Source: Candidatus Saccharimonadota bacterium (lineage in GTDB: Bacteria; Pseudomonadota; Gammaproteobacteria; Enterobacterales; Enterobacteriaceae). Taken from it: DNA of 32,000 nucleotides. Shown in pieces: positions 1-9,228 of this stretch; the stretch's first letter is position 1, and each line of letters opens with the position of its first letter. Under the pieces are notes generated by a model. That model saw only the letters and a list, made by a program, of their open reading frames with translations, was not told the DNA's origin and did not search any database. A program made the translations under genes and the position numbers. The stretch covers positions 60,001 to 92,000 of the forward strand of contig NZ_CP097762.1 of assembly GCF_023585745.1 (NCBI RefSeq). Reading direction: 5' to 3'.

Positions 1-370
1 TTTTGTTTAATTTTTTATTATAAATATTTAGGTCTAAAAAAATATTTTGATTATGTATATTGTAATGAAGTATTTTCCACTGAAAAATCATGTAAAAATA
101 ATTATTTATTTTTTTTTTACATTTCCACGGTTCTATCTTAGAAGAATTATGTTCAATAGCACAACATAATGTAGATTTTAGATCATTTACAAAAAAATTT
201 TTATTATTAATTTTTCCTTGCATGGAAGGGAAAAAATCTGTTTTTATTTTTTGTGTTTCTAGCAAGTTAGATGCAGATATTGGACTTGGAAATAACAATA
301 TCAAAATATATATAAGTATTAATGAAAATATTTTATATAAACAGTTGGTTTGTTTGTTAAAAATCACCAT
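1..370 (-). CDS. hypothetical exported/membrane protein, N-terminal part only (ORF runs off the left edge of the window)
   Basis: My own reverse-complement translation. ATG at 370..368 opens a frame that stays open for 123 codons to position 1, which is unusual in stop-rich AT DNA. It is missing from the ORF track, presumably because no stop lies in the window. The N-terminus MVIFNKQTNCLYKIFSLILIYILILLFPSPISA/SN looks like a Sec signal peptide with an A-x-A-type cleavage site. It lies 85 bp downstream of psd on the same strand, where E. coli has mscM (yjeP), but I see no recognisable similarity to MscM. Confidence 0.5.
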   Translation of the reverse strand, partial: MVIFNKQTNCLYKIFSLILIYILILLFPSPISASNLLETQKIKTDFFPSMQGKINNKNFFVNDLKSTLCCAIEHNSSKIEPWKCKKKINNYFYMIFQWKILHYNIHNQNIFLDLNIYNKKLNK

Positions 371-455
371 ATAGCATCATTTCGTGTAAATTTACAAAAA
401 TAATATTTTTCCGATATATCATTTTTATATGTATAAACTTTATATGTGATTATTT

Positions 456-1349
456 TTAGTTTTTTGAATTATCATTATAACCTTGAGCTAAAGGCATACC
501 AATTCGGGCTACATCATGTGGTTGAAATTTATTTATTATTACTTTTTTGCTGTCAAATAAGTTGATTACAGTAGACCCCAATTTAAATAATCCCATTTCA
601 TTTCCCTTTTTTAATATGATTGTATTATGATGACTATCATTATTAGTGTCTTTTTGTGGATAATGCCAATGTTTAACTACACCAGCTCTTGGTGGAGTGA
701 TAGTACCAAGCCATGTGGTTTTAATGCTACCTACTATCATGGAACCGATTAAAATTTGAGCCATATAACCAAAATTTGTTTCAAATATACAAATAACTCT
801 TTCATTACGAGAAAATATATTAGGTATATTTGTTGCAATTTTTGGATTCACTGAAAATAAATCACCTGGTATGTATAGTACTTCACGTAACGTTCCTGTA
901 CAAGGCATATAAACACGATGACAGTTTTGTACAGGTATATATATAATAGAAAAAATTCCATTAATGAAATAATTTATAATATTATCGTGTCCAGCTAGTA
1001 ATTCATCCAGATGATAGGAAATTCCTTTTACTTGAAAAATTTTTGTTTGATTTATTTTTCCGGTCTGAGTTATTATTCCGTCCGCCGGAATGATCAGTGT
1101 AGATGCATTATTATCGATAGGTCTAGCATTACTATGTAGTTTTCTAGTAAAAAATTCGTTAAATGTTGTATATTGGTTTATATTAATTTTTTCAAAATCT
1201 TTCATATCTATTTTATAAATTCGAATAAATAATTTAATAATGTAATGTGTGATGCATCCTCCTTTCCATGAAGCTCCTAAACCGATTAAATAAGTTATCC
1301 AGTATTTTGGCAATACATATTGTAGTAATACTTGTATTTTTTCTATCAT
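456..1349 (-). CDS. psd: phosphatidylserine decarboxylase proenzyme
   Basis: 297-aa ORF collinear with E. coli Psd as I recall it ([46 protein letters not shown]). It contains the LGST autocleavage motif ([11 protein letters not shown]) that generates the pyruvoyl prosthetic group. Confidence 0.95.
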   Translation of the reverse strand: MIEKIQVLLQYVLPKYWITYLIGLGASWKGGCITHYIIKLFIRIYKIDMKDFEKININQYTTFNEFFTRKLHSNARPIDNNASTLIIPADGIITQTGKINQTKIFQVKGISYHLDELLAGHDNIINYFINGIFSIIYIPVQNCHRVYMPCTGTLREVLYIPGDLFSVNPKIATNIPNIFSRNERVICIFETNFGYMAQILIGSMIVGSIKTTWLGTITPPRAGVVKHWHYPQKDTNNDSHHNTIILKKGNEMGLFKLGSTVINLFDSKKVIINKFQPHDVARIGMPLAQGYNDNSKN

Positions 1350-1510
1350 AAAAGCACCTAATTTAAATTATTTTATATAATATTTAATTTAATAAAAATT
1401 GTACGTTTGATTTTTAGTATTTTGAGAAATACTATCTTAGTAAGATGTGACTATATCACATATAACGTAATATTTTGTATAAAATATACAAGTTATATGT
1501 ATTTTATATA

Positions 1511-1535
1511 TTGCTACCAATAACATTGGTAGCAA
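1511..1535. repeat. perfect inverted repeat TTGCTACCAAT-AAC-ATTGGTAGCAA (11-bp arms, 3-nt spacer)
   Basis: Read directly from the sequence. The arms contain 4 G/C positions in a very AT-rich divergent psd/orn spacer. There is no flanking T-run on either strand, so it is not a canonical intrinsic terminator. The repeat is certain; its function is unknown. Confidence 0.6.
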
Positions 1536-1956
1536 ATGTACATAAATTACGTATTATAAACGTGTTAAATAACTATCTATTAATAGAATTAATATACATA
1601 TATAGAAACCTGGAGTGTATGGATTAACTGATTTTTTATTACTTTTATTGATGATAATTCACTTAATATTTGTACATATTATACTGAAAGCATAAATATG
1701 GTATTATGCATAATAGAATTTATTATTTAACGCAATATTTTATTGTGTATTTTACTTTATTTAATTAATAAAGTTTTATACTTAATATTAAATTTTGAGT
1801 AATTAATTTATAGTGTTTATTATGTGTTAAGATTTATTTAAATACAGATTTGATATTATATTGTGTTTTATTTATTAAATATTATCAAAGTTATTATTGT
1901 ATAATAACAATATAATAATGTTAAAATATTCATTTTATTAATATAAGCGAGAATGC

Positions 1957-2496
1957 ATGTACAATGATAATTTAATATGGATAGATTTAGAAATGACTGG
2001 TTTAAATTTAGAAAAGGATCGTATCTTAGAGATTGCTACGTTAGTTACGGATAGTAAATTAAATATTTTGTCAGAAGGTCCTGTAATAGCAATATTTCAA
2101 TCCGAAACTCAATTATCTTTGATGGACGATTGGAACATGAATGTTCATAATGCTACTGGATTATTACAGAAAGTTAGGTCTAGTAAATTTAATGAAATTA
2201 ATGCAGCTAATTTAACAATAAGTTTTTTAAAAAATTGGGTTGCTTTTAAAAAATCTCCAATATGTGGGAATAATATTGCTCAAGATCGTCGTTTTTTATT
2301 AAAATATATGCCAGAATTAGAAAATTATTTTAATTATCATTATTTAGATGTAAGTACATTAAAAGAACTAGTGCTACGTTGGAGGTCAGATTTGTTATCA
2401 GGATTAAAATTAAAAAAAACTCATCGTGCTTTAGATGATATTCGATCATCTGTTACAGAATTAACATATTATCGAAAATATTTTTTAAAATTATAG
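1957..2496 (+). CDS. orn: oligoribonuclease (DEDDh 3'-5' exonuclease)
   Basis: 179-aa ORF. Motifs: [11 protein letters not shown] (Exo I), [13 protein letters not shown] (Exo II), [11 protein letters not shown] (Exo III, H-x4-D). Near full-length collinearity with E. coli Orn. It diverges from psd and is followed by tRNA-Gly, as in E. coli. Confidence 0.95.
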   Translation: MYNDNLIWIDLEMTGLNLEKDRILEIATLVTDSKLNILSEGPVIAIFQSETQLSLMDDWNMNVHNATGLLQKVRSSKFNEINAANLTISFLKNWVAFKKSPICGNNIAQDRRFLLKYMPELENYFNYHYLDVSTLKELVLRWRSDLLSGLKLKKTHRALDDIRSSVTELTYYRKYFLKL

Positions 2497-2664
2497 AGAA
2501 TTAAAAAATTAGATATTTCATTATATCTGATGTGTTTAGATTCTGTATTATAGAAATATTAGAACAATTAGTTTATGATGCTCTTGATAATATATAAATT
2601 TAAGAGATTGGGATATTCTAATATATATAACAAAATAGTTTTGTATCTTGTTTATACGGCATAA

Positions 2665-2740
<76 letters not shown>

Positions 2741-3250
2741 TTTTTTTTGAGTGTGTTTTTTAGTTTTAAATATACAGAAAATAAAGAAATATTATTGCAT
2801 AATAAACGATTTATATTTCTGATTTAAATAGAGCAGTTTCTAGATTAGAGACAGAACAAATATTTATATTAAAGTAGATAATGCGGATAACTTTTAAAAA
2901 GTTTGGCTATTATATATAAGATAAGTTATGTTATAATAAATGTTATTGACTTTAGTATATAAGTTTAATTTGGGGATATTTCACATTTTTCTTAATAAAT
3001 TTAGTAATCTAAAAGAATCGGTGATCTTATATAGATAAAGTCTTATATCATATAATATATTTTTAGAAAATATATTTTTCATGTTTTGTTGGGTATATTG
3101 CTAATTTAATATACATTGAGAATGTGTATTGGAGATTATTTAGAACAGCATTTCAGAATTTTTATGTATTAAAATAATACAACAGTTGGGTATTTTATCA
3201 AAAAAAAATAAAATGTTTGAATTATTGATATTTCTATATTCATATAAAAT

Positions 3251-3739
3251 ATGAAAAGTTGTGAGTTGATTGTGTCTTATGTTCATGAGACATTGTTATT
3301 AGGAGCTATTTTAGCGACAGTTTGTAAAATAGGATGCATTATTTATTTACATGGTCATATAGGAGTAGGGAAGTCAGTTATATGTAAAGGATTTTTGCGG
3401 AAATTAGGATATACTGGTCATATAAATAGTCCAACATATAATTTGATTCAGTCTTATTTATTCACTAATAAATATGTGTGTCATTTTGATTTTTATCGGT
3501 TAACTTCTTCTGAAGAAGTTGAATGTATAGGGATTGAAGAATACTTTAATAATAACACTATATGTTTAATAGAATGGCCCAAAAAAATGCTAGAAAGTGT
3601 TATACCAAAAGCAGATGTTATGCTAACAATAAATTATTTTGATCTCAAGGAGTCTAGAAAAATTACTATGAGATCTGGTAGTGCATTAGGGGATGAGATA
3701 TTAGATGCTTTTCTAAAATGTTGGAAATTATATACGTAA
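3251..3739 (+). CDS. tsaE: tRNA t6A37 threonylcarbamoyltransferase complex ATPase subunit TsaE (YjeE)
   Basis: 162-aa ORF. Walker A-like GHIGVGKS, then the conserved SPTYNL and HFDFYRL motifs and IEWP, all typical of the YjeE/TsaE family. It is immediately upstream of amiB, as in E. coli. Confidence 0.85.
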   Translation: MKSCELIVSYVHETLLLGAILATVCKIGCIIYLHGHIGVGKSVICKGFLRKLGYTGHINSPTYNLIQSYLFTNKYVCHFDFYRLTSSEEVECIGIEEYFNNNTICLIEWPKKMLESVIPKADVMLTINYFDLKESRKITMRSGSALGDEILDAFLKCWKLYT

Positions 3740-5064
3740 AATTAAAATACGAAATTATTTATTTAATTTTATTTTTATTAAACTTTTTATGTATTGAATC
3801 AATATCTGCATCTAATCTTAATGCTATTGCGATAATAAATTGCGCAACTCAAGCTATAGTAATATTGGATTATTCCAGATTATCTCCTCCGGGATATGTA
3901 TTATTCCCTTTACATAAACCAGAAAGAATAGTGATTGATTTATCAAAGAAATTAAATCTTGAAAAAAATATGTTTCCGATGTATTTTAATGGTACTAATT
4001 TAATTAAATGTGTTAGGACAAATACGGTTAATAATTTTGATATTACACGAATAGTATTAGATCTAACTTATCCTGCCTGTATTGAAACAATTCAACAAAA
4101 AAAAATAAAAGAACATTATCGTCTTATGTTAAAGATTTTAAAACAACAAACATCTGGCGATTCTAAAACATGTTTGAAAGTTTCATCGCCTATTATAAAA
4201 AATAATAGTAAAACTGGTTCTAAATTAGATGCAAAATCTGTGAAACATCAAAAGCAATATACGAATATTGAGTATAACAATATCACTAAAAATTATAAAA
4301 AAAAACTTTCAGTCTGCCCTATAGTAGTGGCAATTGATGCCGGGCATGGTGGTCAAGATCCGGGCGCTACTAGTATACACCGAATATATGAAAAAAATAT
4401 TACTTTTGGTATAGCAGGAAAACTTAAAGCTTTATTAGATGCAGATCCTAAATTTAAAGCGGTTATGATTCGTGATGGAGATTATTTTATCTCAGTTAAA
4501 GAACGTGCAGATATAGCTAGAAAAAAATTAGCAAATGTGTTAATTTCTATTCATGCGGACGCTGCTAAAAACACAACGGCTCATGGAGCATCAGTATGGG
4601 TTTTATCAGATAGTCGAGCTAAAAGTGAAATGATGAATTGGTTGAAATGCAGAGAAAAATACTCTGAATTATTAGGCGGGTTAGGAGATGTTCTTACTAA
4701 TTATAGTAATTATCCATATTTTAATCATTTGATATTGGATGTACAGTTTAGTTATGCTCAGCAAGTAGGATATGATCTAGCATTAGAAGTATTGTATCAG
4801 TTAAAAACTATTACTGGTTTACATAAAAAACTTCCAGTACATTCTAATTTTGGCGTGTTACGCTCTCCTGATATTCCATCTATTTTAGTGGAAACCGGTT
4901 TTATTAGTAATTTAAAAGAAGCTCGTTTATTAGTCAATAGTAAATATCAAGCTAAAATTGCTAATGCTCTTTATAAAGGATTGAAAAATTATTTTTATAC
5001 ATCTAAAAAAAATGTACCTACATGTAGTACATATAATAAAAATACATATATTACTGCTAGTTAA
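3718..5064 (+). CDS. amiB: N-acetylmuramoyl-L-alanine amidase (AMIN domain + Amidase_3)
   Basis: 448-aa ORF. Signal peptide (LILFLLNFLCIESISA/SN). The catalytic domain closely matches E. coli AmiB (IDAGHGGQDPGA, RDGDYFISV, SIHADA, GASVWVLS, LRSPDIPSILVETGFISN). The amiB paralog call rests on the tsaE-amiB-miaA synteny. The start overlaps the tsaE 3' end by 22 nt. Confidence 0.85.
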   Translation: MLEIIYVKLKYEIIYLILFLLNFLCIESISASNLNAIAIINCATQAIVILDYSRLSPPGYVLFPLHKPERIVIDLSKKLNLEKNMFPMYFNGTNLIKCVRTNTVNNFDITRIVLDLTYPACIETIQQKKIKEHYRLMLKILKQQTSGDSKTCLKVSSPIIKNNSKTGSKLDAKSVKHQKQYTNIEYNNITKNYKKKLSVCPIVVAIDAGHGGQDPGATSIHRIYEKNITFGIAGKLKALLDADPKFKAVMIRDGDYFISVKERADIARKKLANVLISIHADAAKNTTAHGASVWVLSDSRAKSEMMNWLKCREKYSELLGGLGDVLTNYSNYPYFNHLILDVQFSYAQQVGYDLALEVLYQLKTITGLHKKLPVHSNFGVLRSPDIPSILVETGFISNLKEARLLVNSKYQAKIANALYKGLKNYFYTSKKNVPTCSTYNKNTYITAS

Positions 5065-5157
5065 AGAATATCAAAAAATTTTTTCTAAAAAGTAACTTGT
5101 GCAACGATTGCGTAAATACTTTTATATAAAAGTAAATTTAATTTTTGGTAAAATCAT

Positions 5158-5166
5158 TGATATAAT
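5158..5166 (+). promoter_or_regulatory. candidate extended -10 promoter element TGATATAAT upstream of miaA
   Basis: Exact TGnTATAAT match about 71 nt upstream of the miaA ATG. The same 11-mer ATTGATATAAT recurs upstream of rlmE (26045..26055). AT-rich background makes chance matches likely. Confidence 0.2.
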
Positions 5167-5236
5167 GTTTTATTTTTATGAAGTAATTTTAAATTTTTTT
5201 ATTTATTAGTGGTTGATATTTCTAGGTTTGTATAAT

Positions 5237-6193
5237 ATGTCTGTTTCAGCATTAATTTTGATGTTAATGGGTCCTACAGCATCAGGTAAGACAAAATTAG
5301 CTATAAATTTAAAAAAATATAATCTAATAAATATAGATATTATTAGTGTTGATTCAGCTTTAGTATATCGTGGTATGAATATTGGAACAGCTAAACCTGC
5401 GCCAGAAGAGTTAAAATTAGCACCACATAGTTTAATAGATATTCGTGATCCATCCGAAGATTATTCGGTAGCAGATTTTTATTATGATGTAAATTATGAG
5501 ATAGAAAAGATAATAAAATCTGGACGTATACCTTTTTTAGTAGGTGGAACGATGTTATATTTCAAAGTTTTTTTAGAAGGTTTATTTTTTTTACCATCAA
5601 CCAATAAAAAAATTCGCAATGATTTAGAGTATGAGGCGCAAAAATCTGGATGGATATACGTATTTAATTTATTAAATCGTATTGATCCTATTGCTGCTAG
5701 CAAAATTCATTTTAATGATCATAAAAGAATAATTAGAGCATTAGAAATTTTTTTTGTTTCTGGCAAAACATGGACGGAATGGAAAAGTACTCCTGGTAAA
5801 AAATTAGAACACAAAATATATCAATTTGCTATTATACCTACAAATAAAAATATTTTGAATGAAAGAATTGAAAAACGTTTTTATAAAATGTTAGAAATTG
5901 GATTGGAAAAGGAAGTATACACCTTATTTAATCGTATTAATTTATATAAAACAAAAGGCAATACATTACCTTCATCTATGTCTTGTATTGGTTATCGTCA
6001 AATGTGGGAATATTTATCTGGAAAAATTGACTATAATCAAATGATATATAAAAGTATTTATGCTTCTAGAAGATTAGCTAAACATCAGTTGACTTGGTTA
6101 CGTAATTGGTCAAATTTACATATATTAAATAATAATTGTTTATCTGCTGCTACTGATAGTATTTGTAAAGTTGTTCAAAAAAAAATAGTCTGA
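5237..6193 (+). CDS. miaA: tRNA dimethylallyltransferase (i6A37)
   Basis: P-loop MGPTASGKT near the N-terminus, plus SVDSALVYRGMNIGTAKP, GGTMLYF, IGYRQ and QLTWLR, as in E. coli MiaA. The track ORF starts at TTG 5213. The ATG at 5237 (MSVSALILMLMGPTASGKT) matches homolog N-termini better. Confidence 0.93.
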   Translation: MSVSALILMLMGPTASGKTKLAINLKKYNLINIDIISVDSALVYRGMNIGTAKPAPEELKLAPHSLIDIRDPSEDYSVADFYYDVNYEIEKIIKSGRIPFLVGGTMLYFKVFLEGLFFLPSTNKKIRNDLEYEAQKSGWIYVFNLLNRIDPIAASKIHFNDHKRIIRALEIFFVSGKTWTEWKSTPGKKLEHKIYQFAIIPTNKNILNERIEKRFYKMLEIGLEKEVYTLFNRINLYKTKGNTLPSSMSCIGYRQMWEYLSGKIDYNQMIYKSIYASRRLAKHQLTWLRNWSNLHILNNNCLSAATDSICKVVQKKIV

Positions 6194-6572
6194 TTTTATC
6201 AGATATGAAGATATTTTTGTAAGATAAATAATTTATTAATATGATTTAGTGCTATGCTTAAATTTTTTTAAAAATATTAAATAACGTACTGAAATTAATT
6301 ATTATTAGACTTAAAGATTATTCAAGGAAATATTTCAGTCTTTATTTAATATAAAGTAGGATTTAAAAAAAAATAAAATTATACCAAATAATTTTTTATA
6401 TTCAGTAGTACAACAGAACATATCTATTACAGATACGTTTTTAAAAAATTTTTTCATAAATTTTATTTTTTTGTATATCTCATATTAGTTATCCTAGTGA
6501 TAGGATTTTTAATAATTTTAAAAATTTTATGTTTTAGTTTATTAAACTTTAATATTTTAAACTAGTGCGTTA

Positions 6573-7895
6573 TTGAATTATAATTTGGAGTGCTTATTTT
6601 TGTATAATTTTGATTTATCTAATAAACAGGCCATATTAGTGCACACATTTTTTGCAAAAAAAACAGAAGATATAGATTATAGTTTACAGGAGTTTTTATC
6701 TTTAGCGTATACAAATAATATTCGGATATTAAATACTTTAGTTAGTACTTCTAAAGTTTGTTATCCTAAATATTTTATAGGAACTGGAAAAGCATTAGAA
6801 TTAAAAAAAATGGTTAAAGATAGTTCTGTGTCTATAGTGTTGTTTAATTGTATTTTATTTCCTCATCAGGAACGTAATCTAACATTTTTATTACAATGCA
6901 AAATAATTGATAGAAATCAACTTATTCTTAGTATATTTGCTAAACATGCTCGTACATATGAAGGCAAATTACAAGTAAGGTTGGCACAATTACGTTATTT
7001 AAATTCTCGATTAGTACATGAATGGAGTCATCTTGAACGTCAAAGAGGTGGAATCGGATTAAGAGGAGGATCCGGTGAAATGCAGTTGGAAAATGATCGT
7101 CGTTTATTACGTAAAGAAATAATTCGAATTTTATTGCGTTTAAAAAAAATAGAAAATCAACGTGAACAAAGCAGAAGACACCGATTAAAAATCGGAATAC
7201 CTACTATTTCTTTAGTAGGATATACAAACGCTGGTAAGTCCACTTTATTTAATTTATTGACTAAATCAAATATTTATACAGAACAAAAATTGTTTTCTAC
7301 TCTTGATCCTACATGTAGACGTGTTGTATACGGTAATAATTCTAATATTTTGTTAATAGACACAGTGGGTTTTATTCAAGATTTACCGAAAGATTTAATA
7401 CCCGCTTTTAAAACTACTTTACAGGAAACAATAGAATCTACGTTGTTATTGCATATAGTAGATGTAACTAATTCGAGATTTGAACAACATATAGATTCGG
7501 TAAGTTGTATATTGAATAGTATAAATGCGCATAATATACAAACACTTTTAGTAATGAATAAAATAGATCAATTACCGCAGATAACACCACGTATTGATCG
7601 TGATTATAATGAACGGCCAATACGTGTATGGATATCTTCTAAAGAAGATGTAGGTATATATTTATTAATGCAGGCTCTTAGCGAATTATTATCGGATAAG
7701 ATAGTATCTTATTGTTTAAGAATACCTATCAGTAGTAATTTATTTCAAAAATTATGTAAATCTCAGGTTGTACAGGAGTTTGGTATTGAAAACTCGAGTT
7801 TTGTTCGAATCAAGATATGTGTGTCTTCTGTTTATTGGCAACGTTTATTAAAAAAAAATAAATTTTTAACAAATTATATTATTGAAAGCATTTAA
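6573..7895 (+). CDS. hflX: ribosome-associated GTPase HflX
   Basis: G motifs GYTNAGKST (G1), DTVGF (G3), NKID (G4). The N-domain has ERNLTFLLQCKIIDRNQLILSIFAKHARTYEGKLQV and HLERQRGGIGLRGGSGE, like E. coli HflX. There is no in-frame ATG near the 5' end. Candidate starts are TTG 6573, TTG 6585 and TTG 6600. TTG 6600 has GGAG (6587..6590) 9 nt upstream and gives MYNFDLSNKQAILVH, which fits E. coli MFDRYDAGEQAVLVH. Confidence 0.9.
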   Translation: MNYNLECLFLYNFDLSNKQAILVHTFFAKKTEDIDYSLQEFLSLAYTNNIRILNTLVSTSKVCYPKYFIGTGKALELKKMVKDSSVSIVLFNCILFPHQERNLTFLLQCKIIDRNQLILSIFAKHARTYEGKLQVRLAQLRYLNSRLVHEWSHLERQRGGIGLRGGSGEMQLENDRRLLRKEIIRILLRLKKIENQREQSRRHRLKIGIPTISLVGYTNAGKSTLFNLLTKSNIYTEQKLFSTLDPTCRRVVYGNNSNILLIDTVGFIQDLPKDLIPAFKTTLQETIESTLLLHIVDVTNSRFEQHIDSVSCILNSINAHNIQTLLVMNKIDQLPQITPRIDRDYNERPIRVWISSKEDVGIYLLMQALSELLSDKIVSYCLRIPISSNLFQKLCKSQVVQEFGIENSSFVRIKICVSSVYWQRLLKKNKFLTNYIIESI

Positions 7896-8055
7896 AATGT
7901 ACACCATAATAGTTATGTATTGTTTTTGTATGAAAACAATATATATCTGGTTATTATATAATGATCATTACTATATTTCTAATGTATGCAATCATAGTAA
8001 CCATTAAAATAATAGTAGCTAATTTTAGCTAAAAATAAGAGAGATGTAGTTTAAT

Positions 8056-9228
8056 ATGTTTGACATAGAAAAGTTTTTTAATAAAAAAAATAATATATTT
8101 AGTAATAAAAATACAGAACATTTGCCTCAAAATAAAAAATTTTTTATAGCTTTAGTATTGTCAATAGTTATTTTAGTATGGCTTTTTAGTGGCTTGTATA
8201 CTATAAAAGAGGCAGAACGTGGGGTTGTGTTAAGATTTGGAAAATATCATCATTTGGTGAAGCCAGGTTTAAATTGGAAGCCTACTTTTTTTGATATTAT
8301 TATTCCTGTAAACGTGGAATCAGTGCGCGAATTAGCAGCGTCCGGAGTAATGTTAACTTCAGATGAAAATGTAGTAAGAGTAGAAATGAACGTACAGTAT
8401 CGTGTTACAGATCCAAAAAATTATTTATTTAATGTAACTGATGCTGATGATAGCTTACGTCAAGCTACTGATAGTGCTTTACGCGGTGTTATTGGGAAAT
8501 ATAATATGGATCGTATATTAACTGAAGGACGTACAGTGATACGTAGTGATACCCGAAGAATATTAGAAAAAACAATATATCCATATAATATGGGGATTAC
8601 TTTGTTAGATGTAAACTTTCAAACGGCTCGACCCCCAGAAGAGGTAAAAGCAGCTTTTGATGATGCTATTGCTGCAAGGGAAAATGAACAACAATATATT
8701 CGTGAAGCTGAAGCATACGCTAATGAAGTACAACCGAGAGCCAATGGACAAGCACAACGTATTTTAGAAGAGGGTAGGGCGTATAAAGCACGTACTATCT
8801 TAGAAGCTCAGGGAGAAGTTCAAAGATTTTTAAAAATCTTACCAGAATATAGGTTAGCGCCAGACATTACTCGGGAAAGATTATATATAAATTCTATGGA
8901 ACGAGTGTTAAGTAATACAAAAAAAATGGTTTTAAGTTCAAAAAATATACAAAATATGTTCATATTACCTTATGAAAAAACAAAAAAAATAACAAATAAA
9001 GATGATATTGTTAAATATTCTAATAAATTTGATCAATTTAATCATGTTAATAATTCAAATTTAACAAATGCGATTAGAGATTCTAATAATTTAAAATTAG
9101 TGTCACGTAATAATTCTCATTTATCTCAAAAAACTATGGGTCATAGCAGTGTATCTAAAGAAAAAGTATTAGATCAAAGACAAGCTAATACACAGCGTGT
9201 TGATATTATGCGAAAAGGGAGAGAGTAA
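8056..9228 (+). CDS. hflK: FtsH protease modulator HflK (SPFH/band-7)
   Basis: 390-aa ORF with an N-terminal TM segment and an SPFH domain (GLYTIKEAERGVVLRFGKY, NVQYRVTDP). The C-terminal tail LDQRQANTQRVDIMRKGRE resembles the E. coli HflK C-terminus. It is followed directly by hflC. Confidence 0.93.
   Translation: MFDIEKFFNKKNNIFSNKNTEHLPQNKKFFIALVLSIVILVWLFSGLYTIKEAERGVVLRFGKYHHLVKPGLNWKPTFFDIIIPVNVESVRELAASGVMLTSDENVVRVEMNVQYRVTDPKNYLFNVTDADDSLRQATDSALRGVIGKYNMDRILTEGRTVIRSDTRRILEKTIYPYNMGITLLDVNFQTARPPEEVKAAFDDAIAARENEQQYIREAEAYANEVQPRANGQAQRILEEGRAYKARTILEAQGEVQRFLKILPEYRLAPDITRERLYINSMERVLSNTKKMVLSSKNIQNMFILPYEKTKKITNKDDIVKYSNKFDQFNHVNNSNLTNAIRDSNNLKLVSRNNSHLSQKTMGHSSVSKEKVLDQRQANTQRVDIMRKGRE

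Noticed and set aside
2741-3250. Possibility that the large spacers (1350..1956, 2741..3250, 23768..24117) encode a structured ncRNA
   Set aside because: Functional RNAs in this window (the three tRNAs) stand out as G+C islands. These spacers show no comparable G+C-rich or extensively self-complementary segment, apart from the 1511..1535 palindrome, which is reported separately.
5494-5703. 69-aa minus-strand ORF
   Set aside because: Antisense shadow ORF inside miaA.
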